In this document: positions 58,856 to 64,000 of the stretch, in pieces
How the letters are laid out: the number at the start of each line of letters is the position of its first letter
Numbering within the stretch: position 1 is the first letter of the stretch
Assembly: GCF_003018255.1 (NCBI RefSeq)
Contig: NZ_CP027440.1
DNA length: 64,000 nt
From: Escherichia coli
Lineage (GTDB): Bacteria; Pseudomonadota; Gammaproteobacteria; Enterobacterales; Enterobacteriaceae
Reading direction: 5' to 3' (one strand)
Made by a program: the position numbers and the translations under genes
The notes under the pieces: model-generated
Database searches by the model: none
What the model saw: the letters and a program-made list of their open reading frames with translations, nothing else
Told to the model about the DNA's origin: nothing

Positions 58856-59212
58856 ATGAACGCTTATGAACTCCAGGCACTTCGCCATATTTTTGCCATG
58901 ACTATTGATGAATGCGCGACCTGGATTGCCCAGACCGATGACAGTGAAAGCTGGCGTCAGTGGGAAAATGGCAAATGCGCCATTCCTGATCGTGTAGTCG
59001 AGCAACTGTTGGCTATGCGTCAGCAACGAAAAAAACATCTTCATGCCATCATAGAGAAAATAAATAACCGCATCGGCAACAACACCATGCGTTTTTTCCC
59101 CGACTTAACCGTGTTTCAACAAGTCTACCCTGATGGCAATTTTATTGACTGGAAGATCTATCAATCGGTAGCCGCTGAATTATATGCACACGATCTGGAG
59201 CGGCTTTGTTAA
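58856..59212 (+). CDS. ydiL: DUF1870-family small protein
   Basis: ORF track 127 aa; the form I recall is 118 aa starting MNAYELQALRHIFAMTIDE... Confidence 0.8.
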   Translation: MNAYELQALRHIFAMTIDECATWIAQTDDSESWRQWENGKCAIPDRVVEQLLAMRQQRKKHLHAIIEKINNRIGNNTMRFFPDLTVFQQVYPDGNFIDWKIYQSVAAELYAHDLERLC

Positions 59213-59311
59213 TTTCTCCACACAAAGGAATTGTCTTTGTTACAACAATAATGAACGGATACTGACACAACATCTCTACACTTTTTAAAGCACCTTTGCT
59301 AAGTAGAACCT

Positions 59312-60526
59312 ATGAAAAATCCCTATTACCCTACCGCACTTGGGTTGTATTTTAATTACCTGGTGCATGGTATGGGCGTCATTTTGATGAGCCTGAATAT
59401 GGCCTCGCTGGAGACGCTTTGGCAGACTAATGCCGCGGGCGTCTCGATAGTTATCTCATCACTGGGCATTGGTCGATTAAGTGTCTTGCTTTTTGCAGGA
59501 TTATTATCCGATCGCTTTGGTCGCCGCCCTTTTATCATGCTCGGGATGTGCTGCTATATGGCCTTCTTTTTTGGCATCCTGCACACCAATAACATCATTA
59601 TCGCTTATGTTTTTGGCTTTCTGGCGGGAATGGCAAACAGTTTTCTCGATGCAGGCACCTATCCCAGTTTGATGGAAGCTTTTCCACGCTCACCGGGTAC
59701 AGCCAATATTTTAATTAAAGCATTTGTTTCCAGCGGACAATTTTTATTACCGCTAATTATCAGCCTGTTAGTGTGGGCTGAACTGTGGTTCGGTTGGTCC
59801 TTTATGATTGCCGCAGGCATTATGTTTATTAACGCTCTGCTTTTATACCGTTGTACGTTCCCACCCCATCCGGGTCGTCACTTACCTGTCATAAAGAAAA
59901 CCACCAGCTCTACGGAACATCGCTGTTCAATTATCGATTTAGCCAGTTATTCCCTATATGGCTATATCTCAATGGCAACGTTTTATCTGGTTAGCCAGTG
60001 GCTGGCACAATACGGACAATTTGTCGCCGGCATGTCATACACCATGTCGATCAAATTACTCAGTATCTACACCGTGGGTTCGCTGCTTTGTGTATTTATT
60101 ACCGCTCCACTCATTCGTAATACCGTTCGCCCAACAACATTACTGATGCTGTACACCTTTATCTCATTTATCGCCCTGCTCACCGTCTGCCTGCATCCCA
60201 CATTTTATGTGGTGATAATATTTGCTTTCGTCATCGGTTTTACCTCCGCAGGCGGTGTTGTACAAATTGGCCTGACGTTAATGGCGGAACGTTTTCCCTA
60301 CGCTAAAGGAAAAGCAACGGGGATCTATTACAGTGCGGGCAGCATTGCAACCTTTACTATTCCGTTGATTACGGCTCATCTTTCGCAAAGAAGTATTGCC
60401 GATATTATGTGGTTCGATACCGCCATCGCTGCCATCGGCTTTATACTGGCACTGTTTATTGGCTTACGCAGTCGCAAAGAAACGCGGCATCACTCGCTAA
60501 AGGAAAATGTCGCTCCGGGTGGGTAA
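59312..60526 (+). CDS. ydiM: MFS transporter
   Basis: 404 aa multi-TM ORF; paralogous to the adjacent ydiN (shared motifs LHG..VI...NM.SL and GRL..L.F.G..SD.FGRR). Confidence 0.88.
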   Translation: MKNPYYPTALGLYFNYLVHGMGVILMSLNMASLETLWQTNAAGVSIVISSLGIGRLSVLLFAGLLSDRFGRRPFIMLGMCCYMAFFFGILHTNNIIIAYVFGFLAGMANSFLDAGTYPSLMEAFPRSPGTANILIKAFVSSGQFLLPLIISLLVWAELWFGWSFMIAAGIMFINALLLYRCTFPPHPGRHLPVIKKTTSSTEHRCSIIDLASYSLYGYISMATFYLVSQWLAQYGQFVAGMSYTMSIKLLSIYTVGSLLCVFITAPLIRNTVRPTTLLMLYTFISFIALLTVCLHPTFYVVIIFAFVIGFTSAGGVVQIGLTLMAERFPYAKGKATGIYYSAGSIATFTIPLITAHLSQRSIADIMWFDTAIAAIGFILALFIGLRSRKETRHHSLKENVAPGG

Positions 60527-60752
60527 TGCAATATTCTTTTCAGGTCATGCAAGATCTTACGGATAAATAACTCTTTCTGCGCTAACTAAGGAAAATCGCG
60601 ATCAAAAACAAACTATGACATGCAATATTCCTGGAAACATAAACTTTATGCCATGTACCCAGGGAAAATTATCTTCAGTATAGTAATTATGTAAACCGTC
60701 GGAGAACAATACGTACGGTAACGAAATTATCTTTCAGCAAGGAGCTGTGAAA

Positions 60753-62018
60753 ATGTCTCAAAATAAGGCTTTCAGCACGCCATTTATCCTGGCTGTTCTT
60801 TGTATTTACTTCAGCTATTTCCTGCACGGCATTAGTGTTATTACGCTTGCCCAAAACATGACATCTTTGGCAGAAAAGTTTTCCACTGACAACGCGGGCA
60901 TTGCCTATTTAATTTCCGGTATCGGATTGGGGCGATTGATCAGTATTTTATTCTTCGGAGTGATCTCCGATAAGTTTGGTCGTCGGGCGGTGATATTAAT
61001 GGCAGTAATAATGTATCTGCTATTCTTCTTTGGTATTCCTGCTTGCCCGAATTTAACTCTCGCCTACTGTCTGGCAGTGTGCGTAGGTATCGCTAACTCA
61101 GCGCTGGATACGGGTGGCTACCCCGCGCTTATGGAATGCTTTCCGAAAGCCTCTGGTTCGGCGGTCATACTGGTTAAAGCGATGGTGTCATTCGGGCAAA
61201 TGTTCTACCCAATGCTGGTGAGCTATATGTTGCTCAATAACATCTGGTACGGCTATGGGCTGATTATTCCGGGTATTCTGTTTGTACTGATCACGCTGAT
61301 GCTGTTGAAAAGCAAATTCCCCAGCCAGTTGGTGGACGCCAGCGTAGCTAATGAATTACCGCAAATGAACAGCAAACCGTTAGTCTGGCTGGAAGGTGTT
61401 TCATCAGTACTGTTCGGTGTAGCCGCATTCTCGACCTTTTATGTGATTGTGGTGTGGATGCCCAAATATGCGATGGCTTTTGCTGGTATGTCAGAAGCTG
61501 AGGCATTAAAAACCATCTCTTATTACAGTATGGGTTCGCTGGTCTGTGTCTTTATTTTTGCCGCCCTGCTGAAAAAAATGGTCCGGCCCATCTGGGCTAA
61601 TGTATTTAACTCTGCACTGGCAACAATAACAGCTGCCATTATCTACCTGTACCCTTCTCCATTGGTGTGTAATGCCGGAGCCTTTGTTATCGGTTTCTCA
61701 GCAGCTGGCGGCATTTTACAGCTCGGCGTTTCGGTCATGTCAGAGTTTTTCCCAAAAAGCAAAGCCAAAGTCACCAGTATATATATGATGATGGGTGGAC
61801 TGGCTAACTTTGTTATTCCGCTGATTACCGGTTATCTGTCGAACATCGGCCTGCAATATATCATTGTTCTCGATTTTACTTTCGCGCTGCTGGCCCTGAT
61901 TACCGCAATTATTGTTTTTATCCGCTATTACCGCGTTTTCATTATTCCTGAAAATGATGTGCGGTTTGGCGAGCATAAATTTAGCACCCGGTTAAACACG
62001 ATTAAGCATAGAGGTTAA
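60753..62018 (+). CDS. ydiN: MFS transporter
   Basis: ORF track starts at GTG 60747; AAGGAG lies 8 nt before the ATG at 60753, giving 421 aa ([16 protein letters not shown]...); 11 bp before ydiB. Confidence 0.88.
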
Positions 62019-62029
62019 AGGAGTTAATT

Positions 62030-62896
62030 ATGGATGTTACCGCAAAATACGAATTGATTGGGTTGATGGCCTATCCCATCCGCCACAGTTTATCGCCCGA
62101 AATGCAGAATAAAGCCTTAGAAAAAGCGGGATTGCCATTTACCTATATGGCCTTTGAAGTGGATAACGATAGTTTTCCCGGAGCAATTGAAGGATTAAAA
62201 GCCCTCAAAATGCGCGGAACTGGTGTATCAATGCCGAACAAACAACTGGCGTGTGAATATGTTGATGAATTAACGCCAGCGGCCAAACTGGTGGGAGCCA
62301 TCAACACCATCGTTAATGATGATGGCTATCTGCGTGGCTATAACACCGACGGCACGGGTCATATTCGCGCCATTAAAGAGAGCGGTTTTGATATCAAAGG
62401 CAAAACGATGGTGCTATTAGGGGCCGGTGGTGCCTCAACGGCAATTGGCGCGCAGGGGGCAATTGAAGGTTTAAAAGAAATTAAACTCTTTAACCGTCGG
62501 GATGAGTTCTTCGATAAAGCTCTCGCCTTCGCGCAGCGGGTTAACGAAAACACCGATTGCGTCGTGACAGTCACCGATCTCGCCGATCAGCAAGCCTTTG
62601 CAGAAGCCCTGGCTTCCGCCGACATTTTAACCAATGGCACCAAAGTGGGTATGAAACCCCTTGAGAATGAATCATTGGTTAATGATATCAGTCTGTTACA
62701 TCCGGGACTTCTGGTCACTGAATGCGTGTATAACCCTCATATGACGAAGTTATTGCAGCAGGCGCAACAAGCGGGTTGCAAAACGATTGATGGATACGGC
62801 ATGTTGTTGTGGCAAGGGGCTGAACAGTTCACGTTATGGACTGGCAAAGATTTCCCTCTGGAATATGTTAAACAGGTCATGGGGTTCGGTGCCTGA
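62030..62896 (+). CDS. ydiB: quinate/shikimate dehydrogenase (NAD(P)-dependent)
   Basis: 288 aa [38 protein letters not shown]... with Rossmann GAGGAS motif; recognised as YdiB. Confidence 0.93.
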
Positions 62897-62926
62897 CAGG
62901 CTGACCGCGTGCAGAAAGGGTAAAAA

Positions 62927-63685
62927 ATGAAAACCGTAACTGTAAAAGATCTCGTCATTGGTACGGGCGCACCTAAAATCATCGTCTCGCTGATGGCGAA
63001 AGATATCGCCAGCGTGAAATCCGAAGCTCTCGCCTATCGTGAAGCGGACTTTGATATTCTGGAATGGCGTGTGGACCACTATGCCGATCTCTCCAATGTG
63101 GAGTCTGTCATAGCGGCAGCAAAAATTCTCCGTGAAACCATGCCAGAAAAACCGCTGCTGTTTACCTTCCGCAGTGCCAAAGAAGGCGGCGAGCAGGCGA
63201 TTTCCACCGAGGCTTATATTGCACTCAATCGTGCAGCCATCGACAGCGGCCTGGTTGATATAATCGATCTGGAGTTATTTACCGGCGATGATCAGGTTAA
63301 AGAAACCGTCGCCTACGCCCACGCGCATGATGTGAAAGTTGTCATGTCCAACCATGACTTCCATAAAACGCCGGAAGCCGAAGAAATCATTGCCCGTCTG
63401 CGCAAAATGCAGTCCTTCGATGCCGATATTCCTAAGATTGCGCTGATGCCGCAAAGTACCAGCGATGTGCTGACGTTGCTTGCTGCGACCCTGGAGATGC
63501 AGGAGCAGTATGCCGATCGTCCAATCATCACGATGTCGATGGCAAAAACTGGCGTAATTTCTCGTCTGGCTGGTGAAGTATTTGGCTCGGCGGCAACTTT
63601 TGGTGCGGTAAAAAAAGCCTCTGCGCCAGGGCAAATCTCGGTAAATGATTTGCGTACGGTATTAACTATTTTACATCAGGCATAA
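62927..63685 (+). CDS. aroD: 3-dehydroquinate dehydratase (type I)
   Basis: 252 aa [40 protein letters not shown]...; recognised as AroD. Confidence 0.95.
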   Translation: MKTVTVKDLVIGTGAPKIIVSLMAKDIASVKSEALAYREADFDILEWRVDHYADLSNVESVIAAAKILRETMPEKPLLFTFRSAKEGGEQAISTEAYIALNRAAIDSGLVDIIDLELFTGDDQVKETVAYAHAHDVKVVMSNHDFHKTPEAEEIIARLRKMQSFDADIPKIALMPQSTSDVLTLLAATLEMQEQYADRPIITMSMAKTGVISRLAGEVFGSAATFGAVKKASAPGQISVNDLRTVLTILHQA

Positions 63686-63830
63686 GCAATAATATTTCGG
63701 CGGGAATACTCTCCCCCGCCGAACTAAAAAAAGTATTTTTAACCGTATTTAATAAAAATATTTCGTGAGTCTCTGTGCGCTAATTCTCCATCTGGCGTAG
63801 GGAAAATCACACCTGAATCAGGAATTAACA

Positions 63831-64000
63831 ATGAAACCTGTAAAACCACCTCGCATTAATGGACGAGTGCCGGTCCTGTCGGCACAGGAAGCGGTGAATT
63901 ATATTCCCGACGAAGCAACACTTTGTGTGTTAGGCGCTGGCGGCGGTATTCTGGAAGCCACCACGTTAATTACTGCTCTTGCTGATAAATATAAACAGAC
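63831..64000 (+). CDS. ydiF: acyl-CoA:acetate CoA-transferase, N-terminal fragment (3' end outside window)
   Basis: ATG at 63831 preceded by GGAATTAACA; translation MKPVKPPRINGRVPVLSAQEAVNYIPDEATLCVLGAGGGILEATTLITALADKYKQ...; recognised as YdiF. Confidence 0.8.
   Translation, partial: MKPVKPPRINGRVPVLSAQEAVNYIPDEATLCVLGAGGGILEATTLITALADKYKQ

Overview
This 64 kb window reads as a contiguous, syntenic stretch of Escherichia coli K-12-type core chromosome running from the 3' end of nth to the 5' end of ydiF. I recognise about 62 protein genes, two tandem tRNA-Val genes and two small RNAs (rprA, and rydB with uncertain ends), all by reading the supplied translations and sequence against memory; no search was run. 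Gene order and intergenic spacing match what I recall for MG1655, and I see no integrase, transposase, IS element, CRISPR array, prophage module or obvious insertion, so I find no evidence of a foreign or novel accessory system. The most interesting content is instead poorly characterised core loci: the FNR-box-preceded ydhYVWXUT oxidoreductase operon (including a striking nonapeptide-repeat protein, YdhT), the ydhIJK efflux-like module, the ydhQ passenger-like protein, the ydiL-ydiM-ydiN-ydiB-aroD cluster and the suf control region. Several ORF-track entries are N-terminally over-extended and one real small gene (ynhF, 29 aa) is missing from the track. Coordinates of regulatory sites and terminators are from manual counting and may be off by a base or two.
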